A stretch of DNA of 64,000 bases from a virus. Its lineage: Duplodnaviria; Caudoviricetes. The stretch spans positions 5,449-69,448 of the IMG/VR virus record IMGVR_UViG_2974689092_000001; one strand, given 5' to 3'. The translations under genes were made by a program, and so were the position numbers. This document shows, one piece after another, positions 35,001 through 44,055 of the stretch (the stretch's first letter is position 1; each line of letters opens with the position of its first letter). The notes beneath the pieces were generated by a model. The model did no database searches. It was given only the letters and a program-made list of their open reading frames with translations, and was not told the origin of the DNA.

Positions 35001-35200
35001 CGACCGCCCCACCAGCCGCGCCCGGGCCGCTCGGCGTGCCAGGCGTCGATGGTCTCGGGCAGCCAGCCCTTGTGAATACCGACCTGCACGTCGTGCGGCG
35101 GCAGCTCGATGCCCGACAGCGACCGCACGTTCTTCATGCCCAGGCGCTCGGCGACCTCAGCGCGGCTCAGGTACCGCTTGACCTCGGTCTTGGCAGGCAT
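34997..35200 (-). CDS. AlpA/excisionase-like winged-HTH protein
   Basis: SD AAGGAG; 'YLSRAEVAERLGM...GWLPETIDAWHAERPGRG'. Confidence 0.7.
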   Translation of the reverse strand: MPAKTEVKRYLSRAEVAERLGMKNVRSLSGIELPPHDVQVGIHKGWLPETIDAWHAERPGRGWWGGR

Positions 35201-35586
35201 CAGGCACTCCTTTCGGCGGGAACGATGGTGAATGTAATCGGTGGGCCGTCGGACTCGGCGGTGGCCAGCAGCGCGGCGCGTCCCGCGACGTTGCGCTCCC
35301 AGGTCCACTGACCGTCGCGGTCGTCTGCCGGGATGGCGATGTTGACACCGCCGTCGCGGCGCGCCACCTCCAGCACGGTCTCCACCTGGTCGTCGAACTG
35401 GTCGGTCAGCGCCTCGATGCGGCCCAACAGCCCGGGCGGGCAGGCGTCCCGGCCCTGCTCGATGCGCTGGTAGTCGCGGCGGTCCTTGTCCAGCTTCGCG
35501 GCCATGTCGCGCTGGGACAGGCCCAGGTAGAGGCGATGCGCGCGAATTAACTCACCGAGGCCGGTGGTGTAGGTGTCAGGTTTCAT
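35200..35586 (-). CDS. XRE-family HTH transcriptional regulator
   Basis: 'LIRAHRLYLGLSQRDMAAKLDKDRRDYQRIEQG'. Confidence 0.75.
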   Translation of the reverse strand: MKPDTYTTGLGELIRAHRLYLGLSQRDMAAKLDKDRRDYQRIEQGRDACPPGLLGRIEALTDQFDDQVETVLEVARRDGGVNIAIPADDRDGQWTWERNVAGRAALLATAESDGPPITFTIVPAERSA

Positions 35587-35631
35587 GGCGGTGCTCCTTG
35601 TTGTCGTGGTTCCGGGTTGGTGGGAGTGGGA

Positions 35632-35668
35632 GGCCCCGGCCTCCGTGGGGGGTTCGGAGGCCGGGGCC
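35632..35668. other. Perfect 14-bp hairpin within the leftward operon (no U-tract)
   Basis: GGCCCCGGCCTCCG-N9-CGGAGGCCGGGGCC. Confidence 0.7.
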
Positions 35669-35691
35669 GGATGCAGAGGTGGGAGGCGGCG

Positions 35692-36294
35692 TCACCACCC
35701 CTGCTTCGCTGCGCAGATCGGGCCGATGCCGCGCTCGCGGCTCTCGTCGTTGGTCAGCTGCCGACCGCAGATGCCGCACTCGCCGATCTCGTGGCCGTAG
35801 CGGGCGCTGGCAGCCTCCGCACCGACCTCGGCGATCTTGGCCAGGATCGACTTGGTGGCGCTCCAGGACATCCGCTGCTCCTCGCCACCGACGATCAGCT
35901 TGACGAACACCCGGCCCGCCCAACGGCCCTCAGTGGGGCGGTCCACCTTGTAGAACGCCAGGGCGTTGATCGCACCGTCGGCGGTCTCGATGGCGTAGCG
36001 CCCGGCGGGCACCACCTCGATGGCCGGGATGTCGGCGCTGTGGTCGGCGGCAGGGGCGGTGCTGTGCGCCCGCCCGGTGTAGCCCTCGGCCTTGAGCCGG
36101 TCGATGTTTTCGCTGACCTGGCGCTGGCTGCGACCGATGAGCCAGGCGTCGATGTTGACACCGGCCTGCTCGGCGTCGTGGCCGGTGGCCACGGCCTTCT
36201 CCACCATCAGGGCGCGCAGGTAGCTGGCGCTGGCGGCGCTGGCGGGGCGCACGGTGGAGGTCGCGCGGACGGTGGTGTCGAACGGTGTGGCCAT
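35692..36294 (-). CDS. DUF6011-like zinc-ribbon protein
   Basis: C-terminal 'CGICGRQLTNDESRERGIGPICAAK'; SD AAGGAG. Confidence 0.7.
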   Translation of the reverse strand: MATPFDTTVRATSTVRPASAASASYLRALMVEKAVATGHDAEQAGVNIDAWLIGRSQRQVSENIDRLKAEGYTGRAHSTAPAADHSADIPAIEVVPAGRYAIETADGAINALAFYKVDRPTEGRWAGRVFVKLIVGGEEQRMSWSATKSILAKIAEVGAEAASARYGHEIGECGICGRQLTNDESRERGIGPICAAKQGW

Positions 36295-36315
36295 TGTTGG
36301 CTCCTTCTCTGTGGC

Positions 36316-36371
36316 GGCGGGCCTGTCCCGCCTGACAACCACCACAATACCGACTTATGCGGGAATGTCAA
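36316..36371 (-). promoter_or_regulatory. Class I promoter/operator unit
   Basis: TTGACA-N16-TATTGT plus GGCGGG-N5-CCCGCC. Confidence 0.8.
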
Positions 36372-36402
36372 TCCATTGCGTCGATCCTGCCGGGACAAGG
36401 AC

Positions 36403-36408
36403 TACCGT
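36403..36408 (+). promoter_or_regulatory. -10 element (TACCGT), leaderless Lysin A mRNA
   Basis: 7 nt to GTG 36416. Confidence 0.5.
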
Positions 36409-36415
36409 GGGCGGC

Positions 36416-37993
36416 GTGGGTTGGGTATGGAAGGCCGAGCGCCCGCTGCTCAGCCAGGAAGAAATCGCCCGGCGCGTCCACCAGGTCAGCCTCAAGCGCG
36501 GCCTGGACGAGCTGGCCACCGTGCTGGCACTGATGTGCATTCGCCAGGAGAGCGACTTCTGGTGCCCTGCCAACCAGGCCGACCCGTCCAGCTTCAACTA
36601 CCCCCACGACAGCGAAAGCAACGACGGTCGCAGCGTGGCCTACTACCAGCAGCAGAACGGCGTGGCCGGGGAGACGGCACCGCCTGGCCAGGACTGGTGG
36701 GGACCGATGAGCTGCCGCATGAACCTGGAATGCTCGACCAACACCTTCCTGGAGCGGCTGTCCGACAGCTACGTGACCGCCCGCGACGGCGCGGCGGCGG
36801 GCCGGTTCATCCAGAACGTCCAGCGCAGCGCCTTCCCCCACGCCTACGCCAAGCACTGGGACTACTGCTGGCAGCTACTCGACCGCGCCCTGGCCAGCGG
36901 TGTCACCGAGCCGCCGACGCAGCCGTCGCCGACGCTGCCCGCGCCTGTCGAGCCGACGCCGGGCATCCGGCCCGATCCCAACTGGCGCGGTGACCCGACC
37001 TTCCTGCTCGACCTGTTGCGCGCCTGGGGCGTGGATGTCTACGAGGCCGAGGGAGCGCGCCAACGCGGGCACGGCGACTTCGGTCGCATCTCCTGGGTGC
37101 TGTGGCACCACACCGGCAACCGCAACGAGACCGAACGCGGCATCACCCACCACCCCAGCCTGGGCCTGGCCGCGAACCTGCTGGTGTTCCCCGACGGGCG
37201 CACATGCATCACCGGGTACGGCATCGCCTGGCACGGCGGTGTCGGCATCTACCCGGGCATTCCCGAGAACGGCATCAACCAGGTGTCCATCGGCATCGAG
37301 TGCGCGCACAGCGGGCGCAGCGGCGATCCCTGGCCGACCGGGCAGATGGAGGCCATGCTGCGCATCGGCGCGGCCATCAAATGGTTCCTGGGCCTGCCCA
37401 CCGGCAACCAGATCGCGCACAAGGAGTGGGCCGGTGCGGAGAACCCGCTGGGCATCAACAAACAAGGCAAACCGGACCCGGTGGACATCGACATGGCCTG
37501 GTTCCGGGGAGAGATCGCACGCCGGGCCGAGGCTGGCCCGGGCGCAGCAGGAGAGGACAGCTGGATGAGCGACCCCGACGTTCGGCAGATGATTGCCGAG
37601 ATATACCGCGAGACGGTGACGCAGAAGTCGCCGAGCCGCTCGTTCATGGCCGTGGACGGCGCGCTGGTCGATACGCCGCTGGGTATCGACTGGAACATCG
37701 ACGGCAACGTCTGGAACATCCAGACCTCGCTGGAGTACCTGTGCGACGTGCCCTATGCCGTCGAGGTGGTGGAGACCATCGCCGAGCACGGTGTCTACGA
37801 AGGCACCTACGCCGCCGGGCGGCAGTGGAACAGCGAGCGCGGCCAGGCGTACTGCCGGGGCCTGGTGGCGCTCAAGGCGCAGCTGTACGCCGCCCTGGCG
37901 GCGCTGGCGGGACCGACCGGCGCACTGACCGAGGCACCGGCCAAGAAGCGCGCACCAGCCCGCAAGCGCGCTCCCCGGAAGGCGAACCAGTGA
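36416..37993 (+). CDS. lysA: Lysin A (N-terminal domain + Amidase_2 + C-terminal domain)
   Basis: Amidase motifs 'VLWHHTG', 'AWHGG', 'SIGIECAH' and 'IAHKEW...KPDP'. Confidence 0.85.
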   Translation: MGWVWKAERPLLSQEEIARRVHQVSLKRGLDELATVLALMCIRQESDFWCPANQADPSSFNYPHDSESNDGRSVAYYQQQNGVAGETAPPGQDWWGPMSCRMNLECSTNTFLERLSDSYVTARDGAAAGRFIQNVQRSAFPHAYAKHWDYCWQLLDRALASGVTEPPTQPSPTLPAPVEPTPGIRPDPNWRGDPTFLLDLLRAWGVDVYEAEGARQRGHGDFGRISWVLWHHTGNRNETERGITHHPSLGLAANLLVFPDGRTCITGYGIAWHGGVGIYPGIPENGINQVSIGIECAHSGRSGDPWPTGQMEAMLRIGAAIKWFLGLPTGNQIAHKEWAGAENPLGINKQGKPDPVDIDMAWFRGEIARRAEAGPGAAGEDSWMSDPDVRQMIAEIYRETVTQKSPSRSFMAVDGALVDTPLGIDWNIDGNVWNIQTSLEYLCDVPYAVEVVETIAEHGVYEGTYAAGRQWNSERGQAYCRGLVALKAQLYAALAALAGPTGALTEAPAKKRAPARKRAPRKANQ

Positions 37994-39384
37994 CCGCCAC
38001 CCAGCGCATCACCGTCGCAGGCGTGGAGGTCGAGGTACCGCGCGGCGGCTGGCATCCACCCAACACCGTGGGAGACATCGACCCCAACATCGTCAAGGCC
38101 AAGCAGTACATGCGCCGGTTCTCCTACGGGCGCGAGGCCAACGACGGCACGCCGGTCTACACCGAGGCGTTCGGCGAGGCGTTGCGCACCTTCCAGGAGC
38201 GGCGCAACGCCGAGATCGACCGTGGCGACAAGCTTGGCCCCAAGATGGCGCGGCCAGGCTGGCTCGACTACGACACCAAGATTCAAATGGAGATCGAGCC
38301 GCGACCCGGCGGTGCCAACCCGCCGCCGCCGCGCATCGTCACCGACAGCCACTACCTGAGCGCGCCTGGCTCGGGCGTGGACTGGTGGGTCGGCCCGCCG
38401 TTCAACACCGGGGAGTGGCTCAAGGACAACGCCGGGGTCCACCACTGGCCGGTGGGTTACCCCAAGGGCGGGTACCTGGGCCTGATGGGCGGTGACTCCG
38501 CGCAGTCCTACCTGGACACCATCGCGCTCCAGGACCGCGAGATCGAGCGGCGCATCCGCGAGGACATCCTGCCCGGCTACGGCGTGCGCCTGGCTCCGGG
38601 CCAGCCGATCAGCGCCGCCACGGTCGCCGCGCTCCCGGCCTCGTTCAAGCTGATGCTGGCCGGGTACAGCCAGAGCGCCGACGGTGCGATCCGTGCCGCC
38701 GCCCGGCTGTTCGGGCCGGGCGGTGTGTTCGAGGCGCTGCGGCCCCGGCTCCAGGGCGTGCTGGCATTCGGCAACCCGGCGCGCCAGGGCGGGCCGACGC
38801 GCTACGGGCGCAACCCGCGCGGCAAGGGGATCAGCGAGTGGGTGGCACCGCCCTGGCTGGCACCGCTCATCATCGAGGTCGTGGTCGAGACCGGCACGCC
38901 GGACTTCTACGCCTGCAACACCAGCCGCATCGCCCACATCGCCTACGACGTGATCGTGCAGGCAGAGACCGAGCTGCCGTTCCTGGTGTTCCTGGCCAAG
39001 CTGGTGGTCCCGGCGCTGCTGTCGGTGCTGACCGGCGGGTTCTTAGGCGGCGGCGGTGGCGGGCTGTTCGGTGGCCTGGGCGGGCTGCTCAACATGGCCG
39101 GGGCCATCCCGCTGCTGGCGGGCGTGACCGGCATGAGCGGCGGGCAGCTGACCCCCATCGTCAACGCCGCGCAGGCCCACGACATCAGCGCCGACGCGGT
39201 GGCCGGGGAGATCGCCAAGATTCTCACGCCGATGGGACTGCTGGCCTCGGTGCCGGAGTTGATCGGCCTGCTGATGGCGCTGCCCGGCATCGGCACCCAC
39301 GCCGAGTACGAGATACCGAAACCGGAGTTCGGCAACATTACCGGCGTCCAGATGGCGCTGAACCTGATCCGACCGCTGCTGTAG
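37990..39384 (+). CDS. lysB: Lysin B (peptidoglycan-binding + cutinase-like esterase)
   Basis: 'LAGYSQSA' nucleophile elbow, 'FGNPAR', 'PDFYAC' and 'GTHAEY'; follows lysA with GTGA overlap. Confidence 0.8.
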   Translation: MTATQRITVAGVEVEVPRGGWHPPNTVGDIDPNIVKAKQYMRRFSYGREANDGTPVYTEAFGEALRTFQERRNAEIDRGDKLGPKMARPGWLDYDTKIQMEIEPRPGGANPPPPRIVTDSHYLSAPGSGVDWWVGPPFNTGEWLKDNAGVHHWPVGYPKGGYLGLMGGDSAQSYLDTIALQDREIERRIREDILPGYGVRLAPGQPISAATVAALPASFKLMLAGYSQSADGAIRAAARLFGPGGVFEALRPRLQGVLAFGNPARQGGPTRYGRNPRGKGISEWVAPPWLAPLIIEVVVETGTPDFYACNTSRIAHIAYDVIVQAETELPFLVFLAKLVVPALLSVLTGGFLGGGGGGLFGGLGGLLNMAGAIPLLAGVTGMSGGQLTPIVNAAQAHDISADAVAGEIAKILTPMGLLASVPELIGLLMALPGIGTHAEYEIPKPEFGNITGVQMALNLIRPLL

Positions 39385-39424
39385 TAGCCTGGGTGTCGGC
39401 CTTCATGGTTGTGGGCGCGGAGAG

Positions 39425-39456
39425 CAAGGCCCCCGGTGTCACCACCGGGGGCCTTG
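39425..39456. terminator. Bidirectional hairpin terminator where the two arms converge
   Basis: CAAGGCCCCCGGTG-TCAC-CACCGGGGGCCTTG, a perfect 14-bp stem. Confidence 0.8.
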
Positions 39457-39469
39457 TCGTTGGACGGGA

Positions 39470-40096
39470 CTACCGCTGCGCCTTGCGCTGTGCGCGCCAC
39501 TGCTCGAACAGCGCCCAATCCTCCTCGGAGCCGTCCACCAGGATGACCGGCGGCGACTGGCCGACCTTCTTCTGGCCCAGCTCGATGCGGCCCAGCATCC
39601 AGGCGTTGCCCTTGTCCAGGGCGTTCTTGCCCTCGCGCACCAGGGGCTTGTTGAACACCAGCACGTCGTCGATGCGCTCGCCGACCTCGTAGCCGTCGAA
39701 CACCTCGGGATCGCCGTCCTTGTTCAGCACCACGACGTTGCCCTCGTCATCGCGCACCGCCGGGCTGCGCGTCGGGTTGCCCGGCTGCGGCTCGGTGAGC
39801 GGGATGATGTCGAACCGCACGTACTCGCTCTGCGGGTTCTCCGGCGTGTTGGAGCTGGTTTTCATAAACCCGGTCTCGGTCGGGTGCATGAGCACCAGCT
39901 GGCCCATGAAGGCGATGGGCTTATAGCCGCTGATCCCGGTCGGGCGCGCGACGTTGGCGAACGGGTCGCCCTTGGGCGCGGCGTCACCGTTGATCTTGGT
40001 GACCGGCGCGGCGGTGGGATCGTTGGCGTCGGCGGTGGCCGTCGCCTTGGTCGCGGTGGCGGTGCCACCCTTCTTCTTGTCGAACGGGCTGCTCAT
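39470..40096 (-). CDS. Hypothetical protein, possibly ssDNA-binding
   Basis: SD GGAAGGAA; last gene of the replication operon; beta-rich core 'GQLVLMHP...VLVFNKPLV...WMLGRI'. Confidence 0.5.
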   Translation of the reverse strand: MSSPFDKKKGGTATATKATATADANDPTAAPVTKINGDAAPKGDPFANVARPTGISGYKPIAFMGQLVLMHPTETGFMKTSSNTPENPQSEYVRFDIIPLTEPQPGNPTRSPAVRDDEGNVVVLNKDGDPEVFDGYEVGERIDDVLVFNKPLVREGKNALDKGNAWMLGRIELGQKKVGQSPPVILVDGSEEDWALFEQWRAQRKAQR

Positions 40097-40199
40097 AGCC
40101 TGTTCCTTCCTGTGTTGTGCGCGTGCGTGTATGCGTGCGCGTTTTCTGGTGACCGGGCGTGATGCCGCGCTCCTGGTGGAGCCGCCAGCCCGGTGCGCC

Positions 40200-40670
40200 C
40201 TAGCGGGCGCGTCTTGCGTCCTCCTGGCAGCACCGGCAGCGCCGGGTCCAGTAGGTGTTCTCGGGCGTGTATGCGTGCCCGCGACCGCAAGTATCCAAGG
40301 TGGCACCGCTGGGGTGGGTGCCGTACCGGAGCTGGTCACGCACGTTGTTCGATTGCGTGTCCCAGCGCAGGTTATCGACGTGGTTGTTCAGCTGCCCGCC
40401 AGGGCCGTGGCACCCGACCAGGCCGGGCGGGCGCGGGCCGACGAACGCCTCCAGCACCAGGAGGTGGACGCTGACGTTCTTCGGTTTGCGGCCCGGCGCG
40501 TTGAGCGTGACGGTGCAGTACCGCCTGGTGCGCTGCTTGAGCACCCGGCCACGCCGGAAGGTGACACCGCCACGGCACGGCACGAACCGATCCACCGAGC
40601 GCACCTGGCCGTGGTCGGACACCTCGTAGTGGTTCTCCCAGCCGACCACTGGCTTCCAAACCTCGATCAC
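40200..40670 (-). CDS. NUMOD4-HNH homing endonuclease
   Basis: 'EVWKPVVGWENHYEVSDHGQVRS' (NUMOD4), 'VHLLVLEAFVGPRP...GCH...NNHVDNLRWDTQSNN' (HNH_3) and a C-terminal Cys motif. Confidence 0.9.
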   Translation of the reverse strand: MIEVWKPVVGWENHYEVSDHGQVRSVDRFVPCRGGVTFRRGRVLKQRTRRYCTVTLNAPGRKPKNVSVHLLVLEAFVGPRPPGLVGCHGPGGQLNNHVDNLRWDTQSNNVRDQLRYGTHPSGATLDTCGRGHAYTPENTYWTRRCRCCQEDARRAR

Positions 40671-41947
40671 GACAGCAGCTCCGCGACCCTGGTGGCGTGG
40701 GCGTTGAGGTCGTCGTCCCAAACATCGGCGTAGCTCTCATAAACCGCCTGGCCCTCGTCCAGGCTCTCGATGGCGCTCAGCGCGTTGCGCGCCTCGGCGT
40801 AGCGGATGGCCTCCGGCGTCGGCGCAGGTATGGCGTGCCGGGGAACGGCCACCTTGGCGTCCTTGCGCAGCTGGCGTACCGCCAGGCTCTCCACCATCGC
40901 CTCGGCACCCCACTGGAGGTCGATGGTGATGGCGGCACCGCGCTCGGGCTGGTTGCTGGGGATGTGCAGCAGGATGGCGAAGTCGCGGCGAATCTCGGGC
41001 ATCGGCTCCCACCCCTTGCCGTCCAGGGTCAGCATCTTGGTGGCCCAGCCGTAGCAGCCGCCGACCTGGACGCCGAACGGCAGCCAGCTGTAGTCCAGGC
41101 TGGCGCTGGTTTTCACGTCACCGAGCACCAGCTCCCCGGTGGTCACGATGCGGAAGATGCGGTCGATCTGCCCGGCCACGGTCTCCTCGCCCTGGTCGTT
41201 GAGCACCACGCGCTCGACGTACTGCGGCAGCGCCACCAGGCCACGGTGGGCCAGGATCGCGCGGGCGGCGGTGACGTGCGGGAGCACGATGTCGGGCACG
41301 TCGCGCAGCAGCACGATGCCCATGTCCAGCGCCTCCAGCCAGGCGTGGACGCACTCGCCCAGCTCGCGGCTGTCGGCACCGCCCATGCAGTTGTCGATCA
41401 GGTCCAGCACCTCATCCGGCGCGGTGGCCTTGGAATCGTCCTGTGCGGCCAGCAGGCGCTCGATCAGCTCCCCGGCGGTGTACTCCCCCCAGATCACCTC
41501 GTTCGGCGGCGTGGTGGCCAGCTGGAGCACTCTACGGGCGGTGTGGCGGCGCTTCCACTTCTCCAGGCCGGTGGTGTCGTCCAACGTCTTGGCGATGGTG
41601 GTGGCCCGGGCGTACCCGGTTGGCCTGCCGGTGTCGGGGTGCGGCAACTGATACCAGCCCCAGCCGTTGAACTTCATCTGCGGGCGCGGGGTGGCCGGTG
41701 GCAGCGGGTAGCCCATCCACTGGGTGGTGCGCGGCGCGACCTCCAGGTCGTCGGTCAACTGCATGGTGTTCTCCTTGGTTGTGGTGGCGATGGGTTCAGG
41801 TGCGCTGCTGGTGTAGTAGCTGGGGTGGGCGTAATCCAGGTTGGAGGTCCAGCCGTCGAGCAGCCGTCCCTCGTCGTCGGCAGCGCGGTACCACACCGTG
41901 CCGTCGGGCTGACGGCGCGGCGGGTACAGCTGCGCGACGGTGCTCAT
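40667..41947 (-). CDS. PD-(D/E)XK (RecB/Cas4-like) exonuclease
   Basis: 'VERVV...AGQIDRI...LGDVKT...QVGGCY'. An alternative start with a strong SD lies at 41764. Confidence 0.75.
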   Translation of the reverse strand: MSTVAQLYPPRRQPDGTVWYRAADDEGRLLDGWTSNLDYAHPSYYTSSAPEPIATTTKENTMQLTDDLEVAPRTTQWMGYPLPPATPRPQMKFNGWGWYQLPHPDTGRPTGYARATTIAKTLDDTTGLEKWKRRHTARRVLQLATTPPNEVIWGEYTAGELIERLLAAQDDSKATAPDEVLDLIDNCMGGADSRELGECVHAWLEALDMGIVLLRDVPDIVLPHVTAARAILAHRGLVALPQYVERVVLNDQGEETVAGQIDRIFRIVTTGELVLGDVKTSASLDYSWLPFGVQVGGCYGWATKMLTLDGKGWEPMPEIRRDFAILLHIPSNQPERGAAITIDLQWGAEAMVESLAVRQLRKDAKVAVPRHAIPAPTPEAIRYAEARNALSAIESLDEGQAVYESYADVWDDDLNAHATRVAELLS

Positions 41948-43626
41948 TGGATGGCCGGGTCCAACACCCGGCTGGCCAGCTTGACGCTGATCTCGTCGGA
42001 CAGGCGGGCCTTGGTCATGTCCTCGTAGCCCACGATCTTGAGCTGGCGGGCGAACCGCTTCTGGGCCTCGCTCGGCGGCTGGTTGCGCCGCCAGCTGGCG
42101 GTGCGTGCCGGAAGCGACTGGCCGGACTCCACGATCCACACCTCTGCGGCCTCCAGGGCGGTGGGCAGGTCCACGTAATCGGGTTCCTCGCAGGCGTACC
42201 GACCGCTGCCGGTGACCCAGCCGCCGATACGCGGGTTGCGGGTGTTGATCTGGCCCACGGCCCAGGTGGTGCTGGTGTCGGTGGACGGGCGCACACCGTC
42301 ACGCGGCCACACGAACACGATCTCGTTGTCGGCCATCAGGTTGATGAACGGCACGCCCGCCGGGGTCTCCAGCCACAGCGTGTCGTCGTTGGCCAGCAGC
42401 TCGATGGTCACCATGTCCACCGGCCCCTGGCGCACGACCTTGACATCCGGCTCGGCCTCGGCGTAGGCGTCCTCGGTCAGCTCGACCAGCTCGCCGTCCT
42501 CGGTGACCTCCTTGGCGTCCACGCCGGGCAGCAGCTGGGTCAGGTTGACCAGCTTCATCTGGCGCGCCGATCCGGCCAGGTCCAGCACCAGGGCGTCGGA
42601 CTTGCCCGGGTACAGCCGCAGCGCGCGACCGATCATCTGGCTGTAGAGGTTGCGGCTGCGCGTGGGCCGGGCCAGCACCACCGCATCGCACATCGGGAAG
42701 TCGGCTCCCTCGGTGAGCACCTGGACGGTGACCAGCGCCCGGGTGGTGCCGGTGCGGAAGGCGTCGTAGAGCGGCTGGCGCTCGGCGTAGCCCAGCTGCC
42801 CGGTGACCGCGACCGCCGGGTAGTCGGCGGCACTCAGCGCCTCGGCGATGTGGTGGGCGGCGTCCACGCTGGCGGCGAAGATGATCGGGGTGCGCTCGGC
42901 GGCGTGCAGTTTGACGGCATCGACCACGTAGTCGGTCGCGGCCTCCATCACCTCGGCCAGCTCGCCCTGGTGGAAGTCCCCGGCGACGTTGCGCACGTCG
43001 TTGAGCTTGTCCAGGCCCTTGATACGCACGGTCAGACCGTGCGGTGCCACCAGGAACCCCTTGCGGATGGCCCAGCGGATGTCCTTCTCGTAGGCGATGG
43101 ACTCGATGACATCGCCCAGGCCGATCACGCCGCGCTCGTTGCGGTACATGGTGGCGGTGAACCCGGCCATGAGAGCGGTGTCGTAGCCGCCCAGCTCGGA
43201 GAACGTGGTGTGGAACCCCTCGGCCCCGGCGTGGTGTACCTCGTCCCACAGGATCACGTCGCGGCGTCCCAGCGCCTCACGGCGATGCGCGGTGGCCAGG
43301 GTTTGCAGCGTGGCGAACACGATGGGCGCGTGGTGGTCGTCCTCCTCGGCGCGCACGATGCCGGTGTGCTCGGCCAGCTCAGGTGCGACGGCGATGAAGT
43401 CCCGGCGCATCTGGTCGCACAGCTCACCTCGGTGGGCCAGGCACAGCACGGTCTGGTCGCGGTAGTAGGCGCGCCGGGCGACCTCGCCGATGACGGTGGA
43501 CTTGCCGGAGCCGGTGGGCAGCACGACGCCGGTACGGCGCTTGCCGTCGGCCCACTGGTGCTCAACAGCGTCGGCGGCTGCGACCTGGTAGTCGCGCAGC
43601 TCGCGCGGCTCGATGGTGGTGGTCAT
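41944..43626 (-). CDS. SF2 (DEAD/DEAH-like) DNA helicase
   Basis: 'LRDYQ', 'LPTGSGKS', 'DEVHH', 'GFTAT', 'LTEGADFP' and 'QMIGRALR'. Confidence 0.92.
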   Translation of the reverse strand: MTTTIEPRELRDYQVAAADAVEHQWADGKRRTGVVLPTGSGKSTVIGEVARRAYYRDQTVLCLAHRGELCDQMRRDFIAVAPELAEHTGIVRAEEDDHHAPIVFATLQTLATAHRREALGRRDVILWDEVHHAGAEGFHTTFSELGGYDTALMAGFTATMYRNERGVIGLGDVIESIAYEKDIRWAIRKGFLVAPHGLTVRIKGLDKLNDVRNVAGDFHQGELAEVMEAATDYVVDAVKLHAAERTPIIFAASVDAAHHIAEALSAADYPAVAVTGQLGYAERQPLYDAFRTGTTRALVTVQVLTEGADFPMCDAVVLARPTRSRNLYSQMIGRALRLYPGKSDALVLDLAGSARQMKLVNLTQLLPGVDAKEVTEDGELVELTEDAYAEAEPDVKVVRQGPVDMVTIELLANDDTLWLETPAGVPFINLMADNEIVFVWPRDGVRPSTDTSTTWAVGQINTRNPRIGGWVTGSGRYACEEPDYVDLPTALEAAEVWIVESGQSLPARTASWRRNQPPSEAQKRFARQLKIVGYEDMTKARLSDEISVKLASRVLDPAIQ

Positions 43627-43671
43627 GTGGTGTGTTCCTGCCGTGGTTGTGGTGCGTGTGCGTGTGGTGCG

Positions 43672-43732
43672 TTGGCGGGTGACCGGCGAACCGATCACCC
43701 GCCAACTTACCCGTCGGAGTAGGGAATGTCTC
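43672..43732 (-). promoter_or_regulatory. Class I promoter with extended palindrome upstream of the helicase
   Basis: GAGACA-N17-TAAGTT; TTGGCGGGTGA-N12-TCACCCGCCAA overlaps the start site. Confidence 0.7.
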
Positions 43733-43750
43733 CAGAACGCGCCGGGCGGG

Positions 43751-44020
43751 CTATGCGGGCACCCAGCCGCGCGGGTCCACGTCGGTGGGCACCGGGCGTA
43801 CCCGGAAGCAGTTGTAGCCGCCGAACCCCAGCACGTAGACATGCTCGCAGTGCATCCAGGTGCCGTCAGCTGCCGGTGGGCCGTCGCAGAACCCGCCGCC
43901 GGAGCCGAACACGACGGCGCTGCCGCACTGGCCCGGCACCGCCTGCACAGCGGGGGCGAGCACCAGGGCGCTCCAGGCGAGCATGACGCTACCGACGGCG
44001 GCGACCAGGAGTTTCTTCAT
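43751..44020 (-). CDS. Small secreted Cys-rich protein with CDGP motif
   Basis: Signal peptide MKKLLVAAVGSVMLAWSALVLAPAVQA; 'GFCDGPPAADGTWMHC'. Confidence 0.75.
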   Translation of the reverse strand: MKKLLVAAVGSVMLAWSALVLAPAVQAVPGQCGSAVVFGSGGGFCDGPPAADGTWMHCEHVYVLGFGGYNCFRVRPVPTDVDPRGWVPA

Positions 44021-44055
44021 GGTGTGTTCCTTTCGGGAGGTGAGGCGGTGGTGCC

